A stretch of DNA of 63,584 bases, filler included, from Hausera hauseri (Eukaryota), in assembly GCA_046269625.1 (NCBI GenBank). It is 11 parts of 11 records of this genome, joined end to end, with 100 filler letters (N's around TTAATTAATTAA, not from the genome) between each part and the next. Parts side by side here need not be neighbours in the genome. Positions count along the whole stretch, not along the records: positions 46,110 to 51,569 come from JBJURY010249736.1; positions 51,670 to 58,473 come from JBJURY010063884.1; positions 58,574 to 63,584 come from JBJURY010361929.1; 8 more parts are not named here. One strand, given 5' to 3'. This document shows, in pieces, positions 47,271 to 59,633 of the stretch (positions within the stretch are counted from its first letter, which is position 1; each line of letters opens with the position of its first letter). The notes under the pieces are model-generated. The model was not told the DNA's origin. It saw only the letters and a program-made list of their open reading frames with translations, and did not search any database. Both the position numbers and the translations under genes were made by a program.

Positions 47271-50044
47271 ATGATTACACTGAATGGTTAACTGTGATTC
47301 CAGGTGCAAGCAGCAGCGAATGCAGCACGAGGAACACCAGATGCCGTGAAGAGGAAAGTGACCGCAGTGATGAAGAATCTGTTGGAGGTGAAGAAGACAC
47401 TGAAGGCAGCAATGAAGATGAGGAAATGGAATGGAGTGAAGAAGACATTCAAGTGGCAGAGGCATGGGAAGAGATAGCAGATGAAGAGAGGAATGAGAAC
47501 AGCAAAGTTGATGATGTTCAGTACTCATGGTTTACGTATTTAATCCTTCAACTCACAATGTGGAAATCACATTTTACAATTTCAGATAATGCTTACATCG
47601 CATTGTTAGACCTGATAAAGTCATTTCTTTTTGTGGTTGGCAGCATTTTAAAGATTGATACATTGAAACATTTGGCTGAAAAAATTCCCTCAACCATGTA
47701 TATGATCAGGAAAATACTTTCACTCAAAAAAGATGACTTCATTCACTATGTGGCATGCCCAGTTTGTGACAAAATATATACACTTGAGGAGGCAACCATA
47801 ATTGTAAAGGATGGACACGGCATAAGAAATAAATCAGCAAGATGTAGTCATGTTAGTTTCCGAAAACATGCACAAAAGCGGCATCGTAAGGAATGTGGGA
47901 CTTTGCTTTTGAAAACAGCCATTGGAAAAAAAGGATTAACCTATTTATATCCCAAACGTAGCTTTTGCTATAGAAACATTACAAAGAGCTTGCAGGATTT
48001 AGCACAGAGACCAGGTTTTAATGAAGCCTGTGAAAAGTGGAGAGAACGAGAAGTGTGTGACAATGTATATGCTGATGTGTTTGATGGACAGATTTGGAAA
48101 GATTTTCAAGCTTATGATGGCAAGCCATTCCTTTCTGAAGCATGTAATCTGGGTCTCATGCTTAATGTTGACTGGTTTCAGCCCTATGACAAAGTTAAAG
48201 ATTCTGTAGGTGTTATGTACCTAGTTGTAATGAATCTTCCTCGTGAGGAGAGATTTAAGCAGGAGAATATTATAATCGCAGGAATCATTCCTGGACCACA
48301 TGAACCTAAAGGGCATATTAATTCCTACTTGAAACCACTTGTTGATGACCTTCATGACCTGTGGAAGGGGGTGTACTTGTTAGACTCTTCGGCTTTAGGA
48401 AAGCAACAATACAGAGCTGCTCTACTGTGTCTGTCAAGTGATATCCCAGCATCTCGCAAGACTGGTGGGTTTCTAGGGCACATGGCAAAAATGGGATGTT
48501 CTAAATGTTTAAAAGAGTTTCCAAGAACCATTGATAACAAGGTCGACTACTCGGGTTTCCAGTGTGATCAGTGGCTCCCTAGGTCAAAAGTAAATCACAT
48601 TTTGTATGCCAGGAAAGCAAAAATAGCCAAATCAAAGGCAGATCAAGCAAGGTTAGAAGGAATTTATGGTGCCAGGTATAGTATTCTTCATGACTTGCCT
48701 TATTTTGACCCTGTTAGAATGCATGTTATTGATCCCATGCATAATATCTTGGAGGGCACTGCCAAAAGAGTAATGCAAGTGTGGAAAGAAAAAGGTATAC
48801 TGAATAGGCAGTCCTTCATAAGTTTACAGTCAAGAGTAGATTCCCTAAAAGTCCCAAATGACCTTGATCCTGGAATTCCTGGAAAGATTGAGTCAGCGTT
48901 TGAAGGTTTTACAGCAGCCCAGTGGAAGATTTGGGTATGCACTTATTCTTTGTATGCCCTGAAAGGTCTTTTGCATGAAGCAGATTATAATATCTGGAAG
49001 TCTTTTGTCTCTGCTGCAAGGATACTTTGTTCTCGGATTGTGACAACAAGTCAGCTGGATGATGCACACAGGTGTCTCAAAATTTTCTGCAATTTATTTG
49101 AGCACAAATATGGAAAAGAGTGGTGTACCATGAACTTACACCTTCATTTACACCTACAATCGTGCTGCATAGACTATGGCCCCGTACATTCATTTTGGTG
49201 TTTTTCTTTTGAAAGGGCTAATGGGATTTTAGGTGACTACCATACAAATAACCGACATGCAGAACTCATTATGATGCGTAAATGGTTGCTAGATTGGCAG
49301 GTATTTCAGAAAGATAAATGTGTACCAAAACAGGTTGAACAACATTTTCAATTTTCTAAAAAAAAAGCATCAAAATGCAGCTACATACTAAATATGGACC
49401 AGATAAATAGGCTTAAAATTATGTCAGACAGTGATGTTCCACATGACTTCAGATTTGATGATACGTTGGAGACTCTGCTTCCACCTTTACATCGAAGGCA
49501 TATTTCGTACGAAGAAAGTGATGCTCTCCTTCTAATGCTTAAGACTTTGTACAAGAATGACTGTGTACATAGAGTGTCTTTCAATGCCATTAGGTTTGAC
49601 AGATGCACACTAGGAGGGGAATTACTATCAACTGGAGACTACAGAGCTGATGCAAAGTCATGTGTTTTTGCAAGGTGGCTTAGAAATGACGAGAAAACTG
49701 GAGAACCTGTTATTGATCTGAAAGCTGCAGCTCGACCAGCGTTGATTTCCAGAATGCTTAAGGTCATAGTCTTTTTGAAAAAAGATGGAAAGACAGTTAA
49801 AGCTGAGCATACTGTGGCTGAGGTTAAATGGTTTAAACAACACGGTGATAGATATTATTACAGTCATGGTGATTCATGTTCTGTTTGGGAATTGGGTTTT
49901 GAGCCTTTTTCTTATGCAACATACCTCCCACTGAAAAGAATCATTGGTCGTTGTGCCTATGCCAAGTGTAAGGTTAGGTTTTCAAGAACTAGGGAGGAAA
50001 CTGTACGGGTTGTGGTTCCAGTCTCATCACTGCGATGCAGTTAG
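47271..50044 (+). CDS. CACTA/EnSpm (CMC superfamily, Tnp2-like) transposase, intact large exon
   Basis: FDGQIWK, LNVDWFQP, MNLPREERFKQENI, IIPGPHEP, SDIPASRK, GCSKC, DPMHN, NLHLHLHL, YGPVHSFWCFSFERANG; preceded by splice acceptor ttattttgacag. Confidence 0.88.
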
Positions 50045-51384
50045 GGAAAAGGATAATGAAACATTACTGAATTACCTTGTTTCTTTTTATTTATGTATTT
50101 TTAAATGCTTATGGAAGAAAAATTGTTGTTTCTCTGAAAAAATATGTAACAAACCTTATTTCAATATTCGAATAAGCTTTTGACTTGGAAGTTTAATGGC
50201 TACTTCAAGTTATTGTCATCTGTAACAAATAAAAAAATTCAGAATCACAATGGGTCTTTATTGCTAAGTAAGTTCACCATGAAATTGTCTTGAAGTGAGC
50301 AAAAACAATGAAAATAAAAAATTAACAACAAAAAACAGACAGAACATAAACAGTTTAAACGGGGCAAAATCTACAATTCACTTCCTCTGCTGCCATTGCA
50401 GGCGGACAACAGCCCAGACAAAGAACATTTCTCATCCTTTTGTTCACTGAATTGTGCAGTGAGCCCTTTATTTTTAATTTGGTGCAGTCAACATGTATCA
50501 AAGGAGATTAATTTAAGCTGAACAACAAAGCAGGTGAGATGGGCTCAAAGTAATCAAACACAGGAGTTATGATGAATGGTTCATAAGTATGTGTATAAAT
50601 GAGAGCCAGAGTATGTAAAACATCATTCAAGAAGGAAGTTCAGAAATTCCTCACATATTTCAGTGGAAGCTGTCAGATGGGCTGGCTAACTGAGATAAAA
50701 AAAAACCAGTATTTTAAGTACTTGGTGGTGGTGGTGGTGGTGGGGGGGGGGTTTGGAGAAACCGACAAGTCGGCTATTTGCTTATGGTTTTTTTTCTTAT
50801 AAAAGCGCCAGCTCTGTTTTAGCATTTCAATAGAAACCTGTTGCTTGCCTTTTCTCCACCTTCTCCATTGTGCTTTCTGACAAAGCACTGGCCCAGTGTT
50901 TATTTTTAGCCCCGAGTAATCACTCACTCTGTTCAGGCCCGATTAGCAATTTTTTCCGCCAAATGAATTGGCCTTTTGGGGGCTTTATCATATCCCAAAT
51001 ATCACCAAATTTGGCGAACTCATCAGGACTGGTGAAAAATTACGTATTTTGGGGGCGTGGCCAAAATCGCAACAGAAACGGCTCAGGAGCGCCACATACA
51101 AATTTTCAAAATACCCTCTGCATTAGTTTGACGTAGAATCATGAAATTTGGTACACTTGTCCAATTCACCAAGATGCACAGAAAACCCTCAGGCGCCAAC
51201 GTTGTACGATAAATGGTAAGGTGGCCATTTCGGAATGCTGACCAAATTTTCACACGTTTTTGGCGGTTTACAGCCTCCGCATTTGAATGAACTCCTCCTA
51301 GGGATTTTGCTCAATCGGGTTCAAACTTGGCCAGTTTCTTTCTTTTTCTTTTTTCTTTTATTTATTCATTTCAATTTAAAAATA

Positions 51385-51500
51385 CAGGTAGTCCTCGACT
51401 TACGGCGGTCTCGACTTACGGCGTTTCGGCTTTACGAACGAGCTCCATTGAAAAGCATTGCTTCGAGTTACGGCGTCTATGCGACTTTACATTGAATACA
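51385..51500 (+). mobile_element. Left end of a Tigger/pogo-like element
   Basis: TA|CAGGTAGTCCTCGACTTACG with repeated CGACTTACG subterminal motifs. Confidence 0.6.
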
Positions 51501-51723
51501 CATCACTGTAGAGGCAGGCAGGTCAGCGGAAATTTACAGCAAACGGGGGGGCGGGGGGAGTGGTGGGGGNNNNNNNNNNNNNNNNNNNNNNNNNNNNNNN
51601 NNNNNNNNNNNNNTTAATTAATTAANNNNNNNNNNNNNNNNNNNNNNNNNNNNNNNNNNNNNNNNNNNNTTTTATACTTAATTTTTTTAAATAATGTACT
51701 AAAAACTTATGATACATACTTAT

Positions 51724-53940
51724 TAGGGTGGTCCTTACTTTTTACTTTAAAAAATATCAGTCTCTCACTCTGCCATTTTAATCTACCTCAAATGTTAACA
51801 AGCTGGGCAAAAAATTATCAAAATTGGACAATATTTATGGTATGGTCGATAAATGGATATCGCTAATTCATTAATCATTTATTCATCAACAAATTTTATT
51901 TATTAAGACAGTAAACAGTAAAGTAGTATTAGTTACTGTGAACGTATGGTACAATTTCGTCCTACTCGTCCTTCATTGATTGCTACATATTATGGTGGTC
52001 TTGACATGCATGTGAATTTTTTTGTCATCTCCCACTAGCTCATATATTGTCCTACGACGAAACAGAAAAGTCATTTATTTTCAGCAAATTCGCACCACTA
52101 CACAAAAAAACTAAATTCTTTACATTCTGGTGTATTGCGCATTAACAGTCAGATAGACTGCTAGTGCTAGTGTGTCGATTTATTCGAGTCAGAAAAGCTT
52201 ATTTACTACTTGTACAGCAAATTGCATTTGTTTTTCATTTCATGTTAGCAACGAATTGTAGTCCTGCATAAGAGCAACAGTGTCATTGATTACACAGTTC
52301 TCTGACTACTGATTCAGCTTCCAAATACGATTTATTGTTCAGTTACGTCTCAAGATCTGCAGACACGAAACAATCTGTAATGGCGAGAATGCAGAAGAAG
52401 TTCCGTATTGTTCTTTACGAAGTTATTTAACTTCTTGTTGGCAATCGCAATGAGATCTATGTTGATTCGCTTTGCTGAATCCTCACTTCCTTGGTGTTCA
52501 AGTGTTTTAACCATAGATCTTTTCTCAACTACATCAAAAACTTAGTCAAAAATTCTAGTCCACATAGTTTCTTCAGTGCACAGGTGCTGCTGGTGTCCCA
52601 GATGAAAGTGGAAGTTTCTGGAGATTTAAATCATTCGAAGGGCAGCAGTTGGCAGGAGCGAAATAAACCATGGTTTGATGTAAGTTGCTATGCCAAAGAC
52701 AAAGAGGTTACCCAGTCCACGGAATTTACGATCTGTCAGCTTGAATCCAGCATTCCTGAACAAATGTATTGTCAGAGCTGTGTCATGAAGCGTGCTCTAT
52801 GTATGACACCTTGTTTCCTGAACATCAGATCTCGAGATGGAGGTCCTGCAATGAATAACAGGGCAGACTCAAGGTGCTCTTGGTAATCTTCTCGTTGGTG
52901 ACTAATCTGAAGCTGATAAATAATGAATGACTTCATATTGTCCAACACGTCAACAAGAGCTGTGGCAATGACTGGAATCTCTATTCAAGGCTTATAAGCA
53001 GACAGCGTAATATTCAGCTATAAGACTTCGAACATTTTAAACAGCAGAATTTCTGGGTCACTGAAATGTCCCATTGTGACTCTGAAAGACTCTTCCAACA
53101 TGATTTCATGAATGTGATGTCTATATGCGAGGTGGAGAACGTCTCTACCGAGACTCTATTCAAGCATGGTGCAAGCCCCGTTCACTCTACCGGTGTTACT
53201 TGATGTTGTTTCAACGCTGAGAGCCACGATGCTGTCAGCAATACACTAGTGACACATGGTCTCTATCAATGCGTCTGCCCTGGCATTACCAATTCTCAAA
53301 CACAACTTTGGAATGCAGGGAAGCTGTTCTGCACCAAATCAAGAAACAATGATTGGCAGACAGTCGACTTTATCATCTCCTGTGAGGTCTTGCATAAGCT
53401 TGCAGTGACAGTGAAGAACCAACAACTTTTGGGTTTGAACCAGGATTTTAGATGTGATAAAAATAGAGTTCGATACCTCTTAGGGCATCGTCGAATGGAT
53501 GATCAGTTGATGCTGAATTTTTCAATGTTGAGACATGTTGCTTGAATAATAGGAGCAATGATCTGTACTACTTGCTCATCACTTGACTTGGTTCTGTCTA
53601 GTGACAAGTGAGTATGTTGGATATTCTACGTTTCCGTTTTCGTGTGCGTGGCTGAGTTGTGATATGTCAAGACCACCCTAATGTGCAATAAGTCTTGAAG
53701 GACGAGTATGTCAAAGTCGTAGCAGACTTTCACAGTAACTAATACTATTTTACTGTCTTAATAAATGCTATTTGTTGGTGAATAAATGATTAGTGAATTA
53801 GCATCATACATTTATCGACCATACCTTAAATATTGGCCAATTTTTATAATTTTTTGCTCCGCATGTTAACAGTTGAGATGGACTAAAATGGTAGGGTGTG
53901 TTGATTTTGTGTTAAACCCGTAATTTTACTTGATTCTGTC
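51724..53940 (-). mobile_element. Degenerate hAT-superfamily (hATm-like) transposon with TIRs of about 200 bp
   Basis: About 51765-51942 is the reverse complement of about 53729-53900; terminus TAGGGTG; minus-strand remnants LHCDCKLMQDLTGDDKVDCLP, ETTSSNTG, YRHHIHE, HRARFM, VINDT..VALMQDYN. Confidence 0.75.
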
Positions 53941-54061
53941 ATTTAAAAGCATAAAGGCATAGCAAATATAAGTTATAATTTTTCACAATTCAAAAGAAAG
54001 CCCAATAAACTCTATACACCGATCCTTGGAATAAATTAATATAATGGTCAATTGATGCTTT

Positions 54062-54300
54062 GTTGCAGCAGTTCAATAGGAAGGTTGTTATCTTTTTGAA
54101 AACGCTAATGTGCGTTCGACCACCCAACAGCATGTGAACTTTGTCTGGGTAAACCATGACATCGAATTCATAATTGCTGTCAACAAGATCTTGAATTAGT
54201 CGTGGCTGTTTAGGAATTATACATTGTCGTATTTCGTTCCATTAATAAGCAGATATTTTTTGTTGAGGAAAATGGCAGCCAATCGTGAGATATCAGTTTG
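54062..54300 (-). pseudogene. Dipeptidyl-peptidase IV family (S9B) C-terminal fragment
   Basis: KYLLINGTKYDNV*FLNS/RLIQDLVDSNYEFDVMVYPDKVH...ITTFLLNC, covering the catalytic Asp and His regions. Confidence 0.75.
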
Positions 54301-56600
54301 AGACCATAGGCCGAATATTCGATGAATATTTTTTTTGGCAGAACAACAAGAAAACACTTGATCAAAACTTTTTGCTGACGTATTGGTTAACCTGTCTTTG
54401 AACTTTGTTTCAATTATCGATTGTTTTTATATTGTCAGAACATTGTGTATCGAATCACCCACCGCTAATTTAACCTAGTGTTGATTTCATGGTGTACTCC
54501 CATACAGTAATTAAAAACATGACGCTGACACATGTTTCTTGATCACTCAGATATTTATTTGGTCAGATTTATTTGACCTTCGTCTTCCACTGATTAGTGA
54601 ATATTACCGATACCGTCATAGAATAATAATTGGTGTGTTGTATAGTCTGGATTGAAGGTATCCATTATTTTGAGGTTGTGTTCGGATACAAGGAAATCGT
54701 TTCGTTGTAAATTGAGTCATTGTGTCAAATCTCAAACAGGGATCTATAAATCTTGGTTGTTGTGATCTTTATGAGATATTCTGGCACGATGAGATAAAAA
54801 CAGCAAAAGCGCATTAATTCGTCGGCATTTACAAAACAAATAACAACAATTGAGGAAACGATAACAGTGTATTTACAAAGTCTTGTTGGGCACAACATCA
54901 TCCCCCGTGGCAAAGAAAAGATTAGAGAGGTAATAAAGTAGAAAATGGGTAGAAACGGTGCAGGCAGTCTAAGTGGTCTTTGTGTGGATAAGACGTTGTA
55001 CTCCTGCAGTATTTATCTCCTTACCCTAGATACAAATGTTACTGATTTGTCAATTTTCAATGTCTTTGAACCTGCTTGTTGAGGTGATTGAGATACAACA
55101 AAGTCGGATTTGGTCGTGTTAGGTGTTGTGTCGTACAAGGACGGAGAAGAAGATGGAAGATAAGATGCAGGAGAAGAGGAAGTAAAAGTTGTTAGGGTAA
55201 TAGAATTGGAGCTTGGAGGAGGTTCTGGTACAGAAGTAGAAATAGGGGTCGGCATGGAAAGGGGTGAAGGTGGTAGAGGGACTGAAGGAGGAAAAAGTGG
55301 AGGAGTCAAAACGGGGCAGAAGATTCAATTTGGGGATATCAACTACGATAAAGGCAGGCTTTACGTTGTTAATGTGCACCGATAGTTCCTTACCGTCTTT
55401 AGAAATAATGGCATTGTGGTAATGCAATTTAACGAGTTTGTAGGGCCCCAAATACCGTGGTTGAGAACCGCACGGCGTTTAATTTCTCAGCTAGACGAAC
55501 TTTGCCGAATATAAATCCTCCGATAGGTACGTTTTATTTTTATTTATTATCCCGCAGAATGAATCTTTACTGACTGAGACAAAGTGGTCTTGTGCCGATC
55601 GGATAGCTTTCTCTGTAGGTGTATATTCCAAGGCAGTTAACTCAAACAATGAACGTGCAGGTGCTCCGAAAAAAGCTTCCGTAGGTGAACAACCTGCAGA
55701 AGTAGAAGGAGTGTTTTACCAACCCAGTAGCACCAACGGAAGAACAGTAGTCCAACTGCTATTGGATTCAGCGAGGATTCTCAATGACGTTTCTAGTGTT
55801 CGGTGGAATCTCTCTAGAAGACCATTCAATTGGGGGTGATACTGTGTTGTGTGAATGTGGCCGATTCCTAATCGGTTAACGAGTAATTTAAACAAGTTGG
55901 ACTCTAACTGAGTGCCTTTGTTTGTAATAATGAATCTATACGATCCAAATCTGCCAATCCAAGTGCGTATAAAAACGTCGGCTATTGTGGCCGTGTTAGT
56001 GCTCCGAAGAGGGACAGCTTCTGGCTAACGTGAGGAACGATCCACCATGGTCAAAATAAATTGATGATCGTTGTCAGGAGGAAGAGGGCCAACGAGATTA
56101 ACATAAATAGACTCGAAACGTGATGTGCAAGGGAAATTATATAGTAGTGGCTTCGAATGTTTGGTGATTTTAAATTTTTGCCAAGCCACGCACTCCTTTA
56201 CCCACGCGTGCACATGAGAACGCATTGACGGCCAAATTACCTGTCGATGGAGTAAACGAAAAGTGGCCTTAGTGCCATGGTGGTGTAGCGAATGTACACT
56301 GTTAAACGCTTGCCTTTGTAAAGGTTGTGCGAGAATTATTACGGAATGACCTGGTTTTGAAGTGTCTACAGCCACGCCGTCAACAATTGTGCAAGACTTA
56401 AAAGAATTAAGCATGTCCTGAGGTGGCTGGTTCTGTTGGAGTTGTACTTGAGTGAAGATTGGTGAAAAATTAATCGAATTAATCATCCTAGATAAGAAAT
56501 CGGCAACTAAATTATTAATCCCATTAATGTTTTATGTCAAAGTTAAATGTCGACAGATATGATATCTGTCGTTCTTGGCTTGAGAAAGGATGATTCATAG
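54300..56600 (-). mobile_element. Degenerate gypsy integrase, S/P/T tail, PPT and LTR (54897 down to about 54300)
   Basis: HSLHHHG, NLVGPLP, TMVDRSSR, GPYKLV, VHINNVKPAF; tttgccacgggggatga|tgttgtgcccaacaa. Confidence 0.9.
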
Positions 56601-58244
56601 CCATTGTTGTGATACAGAGGTCTTATTTCGACCTTAAGCGCGTATCCCCATATAAAGGTTACAGTATTTGATTATAATCTCCTAATATGAGAAGTCGATT
56701 CTGAAGGAATTTCTATTATTCGTGAGTTCCCAGCAATGATTGTTGATTCAACTACAGTTTTATCGGTTTCTTCCTTCGACTTCATACTTCGGTGATACTT
56801 ATGCCTTTTAGTATATATTCAAGATATATGGGTTATGTTGCATACTTGATTATTATTTGGTGTGAATTTTCATGCATCGTGTATATGACTCCAATTTCTT
56901 ATCTTGATACTGCATTTTAGTTTCTATCTAAACTCATTTACTAATCTCAAATTCTACTCCTGGTAATCTTAGAGACGTATCAAGTTATTTCACCTATTTT
57001 TGTTTTTAATTGTTTATGAGATAATCACCAGGATTTCATGTTGGGATATAATCGACTAAGCTACCACGGTAAATAAACAAATTATTGTCTAATATTGATA
57101 AGATAATAAACAAATGCGAAGCTAATGTAATGTTCCTTAAAGAGCATCATATATTCCGGGTTTCAAAGGAACTTATTCTTTCCGATTCTATTAACCTTGG
57201 TTTCGGTTTTATGAATTTGGTCGTCAATCTCAATATATTATAGGGTGTTTAAGATCCAAAATCAAAATTACCATTATATTCATAATAGAAAAATTGAGAT
57301 TATTAGCATTTGTGTTTCGATTATTCGTTTCCTCCGTTACATCAGCTTGGCATCCGTGGTACAACCATGCAAGGCCCATGCTAAATTTATTATTACTATA
57401 CACACTAACGTACCGCATTAACAATATTCGTATTCATTTCTTTCACTTCTATTTTAAATCGTTTACAAATATAATGTTTATGGCAAACAACAAACAAATC
57501 AAGATCGTGAAAATTCGGTCCCGAAATCGTATAATTTCGATACCTCTTTCTGATAATTCATCATTTCTTTCTATACATATCATCCCGCACATTGATCCTG
57601 AGTACCTTTCAAATGTATAATTAACTGAACTCATATACATACGATAATGAGACATCAACAATAATCATTATAGTCTTTGATATATAAGTCGTCTATATTC
57701 ATCACAAAGAATATCAATGAAATGAGAATAATCAACTACAAATTCTCTCACTGATTTATGACGACAACAATCAATTATGTATATTACATCGCTAATTATA
57801 CGTATGTATAAAATTAATATTCTTCATTTCATAAGGACTCATTAGTTCACCATACGACGGTCCCCTTTTGCTCCCCAATTATTGGATTTCATTGGAGTCA
57901 ATCAAGATAATTTCTTGCGACTACTAAGGTAATCGAACGACGTTGCCGACCAGTTCCATCCAATCCTCGAATCGTAATACGTTTCTACGACAGGCAAGAA
58001 AATTTTTATTCAAATGCGCAGTGACACGAATTCTTGTCATTTGATTATACTGCTTTTCGGTTGCGATCTCTCTCCTACAATCTATGTAAAAATTTCGGAT
58101 AATCGGTCAAAATCTTTCCGATATCCTATCGTTTATCAAATAATAACATTTATTGCACAACAAATTATACAGACAGAAAAATAAAACTAAAAATTGACGG
58201 CAATATGATTAGGGGAAAAAAGAGTGTTCTGGCACGGGGAGGGG

Positions 58245-58470
58245 GTCCGCCCACGCATCATGTGATCCGCCCACGCGTAACGTGATTGGTCACGCGATGC
58301 GTGATATTGTAGCAGTTATTCTCACGTGATTTCGTATATTCTTACGTGACATTATCTAGACTCACTTTACATTGTCTAGACTCACGTGACATTATCTAGA
58401 CATTTATTTATTCGCACTTTACATTGTCTAGACATTTTATATGCACCATTTTACATTGTCAAGACATTTT
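58245..58470. repeat. Minisatellite-like tract of CACGTG and ACATT(A/G)TCTAGAC units at the contig end
   Basis: tccgcccacgc twice and acattatctagac/acattgtctagac about five times. Confidence 0.6.
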
Positions 58471-58578
58471 TTGNNNNNNNNNNNNNNNNNNNNNNNNNNN
58501 NNNNNNNNNNNNNNNNNTTAATTAATTAANNNNNNNNNNNNNNNNNNNNNNNNNNNNNNNNNNNNNNNNNNNNCTTAC

Positions 58579-59041
58579 CCACATGACCAGCATAATTTTC
58601 CAACCCATACACTTTGCTATATATTATTAAAAAAAATATCATCAATTTTTTTTTTCTCTGGATGTGAGATAATTATACTCCTATATGAGATGAGCCCAAC
58701 ATTGGCTAATCATCAGACTTAAAAAAAAATGGGCCGAAAACGAGGTGTGTGTGACAACTTTTTGTCAACAACACAACCTCATTTCGGCCCATTTTTTTTT
58801 TCCGCCGCTTCCCTCTCCCTCCTCATATCTGACTCACCTTTCGATACAAATAGCAGCGGCCCCCGTGATTGATAACAATTTCGGCAGGTGGGGATTCGGG
58901 TCTGAAGTCTGGCGGCGGGGTCGGCGGCGTGCAGCAGCGAGACATGGAATAATTACATTCCGTGCTCGGCAACGACATCTCATCATCTGTGGGATGGAGG
59001 TTCAGCGTACTGCTATCCTCCTCCTGTTGTTGTTGCTGTTG

Positions 59042-59085
<44 letters not shown>

Positions 59086-59206
59086 GGACCCACTGAGCTG
59101 TGCGGTCATAATAGTCAGACGGGGAAGAATCCGAAGAGAGGGTTTGAATGGAAGGTGGCGGATTGGGTGGGTATTTAATACTCACGACGGAGGCGTTCGA
59201 CGACAT
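58579..59206 (-). CDS. Spliced gene of unknown function with polyQ and Pro-rich N-terminus (exons 58838-59206 and 58579-58616; continues past contig start)
   Basis: ATG about 50 nt after TATAAATAGG; donor AAG|GTGAGT, acceptor tatatag|, next donor GG|GTAAG; reads ...GRCYLYRK|QSVWVGKLCWSC. Confidence 0.6.
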
Positions 59207-59498
59207 GGCTAGTCGAGAGAGAAATGAAGAGAAACGGGAAGCGCGCGGCCTATTTATACTCTTTCAAAAAACAAACAAACAAACAAAAAAAAAATAAAAA
59301 CCATTCATGGAAAGAGAGATTTATTTTAGTAGAGAGTTTGAAAAAAAAATTTTATTTTTTTGTGACTCTTAAATAATACCATTCATGGAAAGAGAGAGAA
59401 TAAACACACAATAATAATTACAAAAAATAAAATCTTTATTATTTAATTAATAATTATTTAATTAAATAATATAAAGCCAATATTGGCTAATAAATTAT

Positions 59499-59586
59499 TG
59501 CAAAAAAAATGGGCTAGAGATTTTTTTCTTTTCTTTGCGCTCATATGCAAAGAAAAAAAAAAAATCTCTAGCCCAAATTTTTTGCA
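59499..59586. repeat. Long hairpin family AAAAAAATGGGC...GCCCA(AA)TTTTT; other copies at 58721-58800 and 61824-61914
   Basis: Stems of about 35-40 bp visible directly, each preceded on the + strand by CCAA(T/C)(A/G)TTGGCT. Confidence 0.85.
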
Positions 59587-59633
59587 CCTCGTATGCAAAC
59601 TAACTGCTTGCGAATGTGAGGATTTAAAAAATG

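Noticed and set aside
58745-59212. + strand ORF with poly-Leu, and other + strand ORFs in 59802-61677
   Set aside because: Antisense shadows of the CAG-repeat and GC-rich minus-strand exons, which have the promoter and splice signals.
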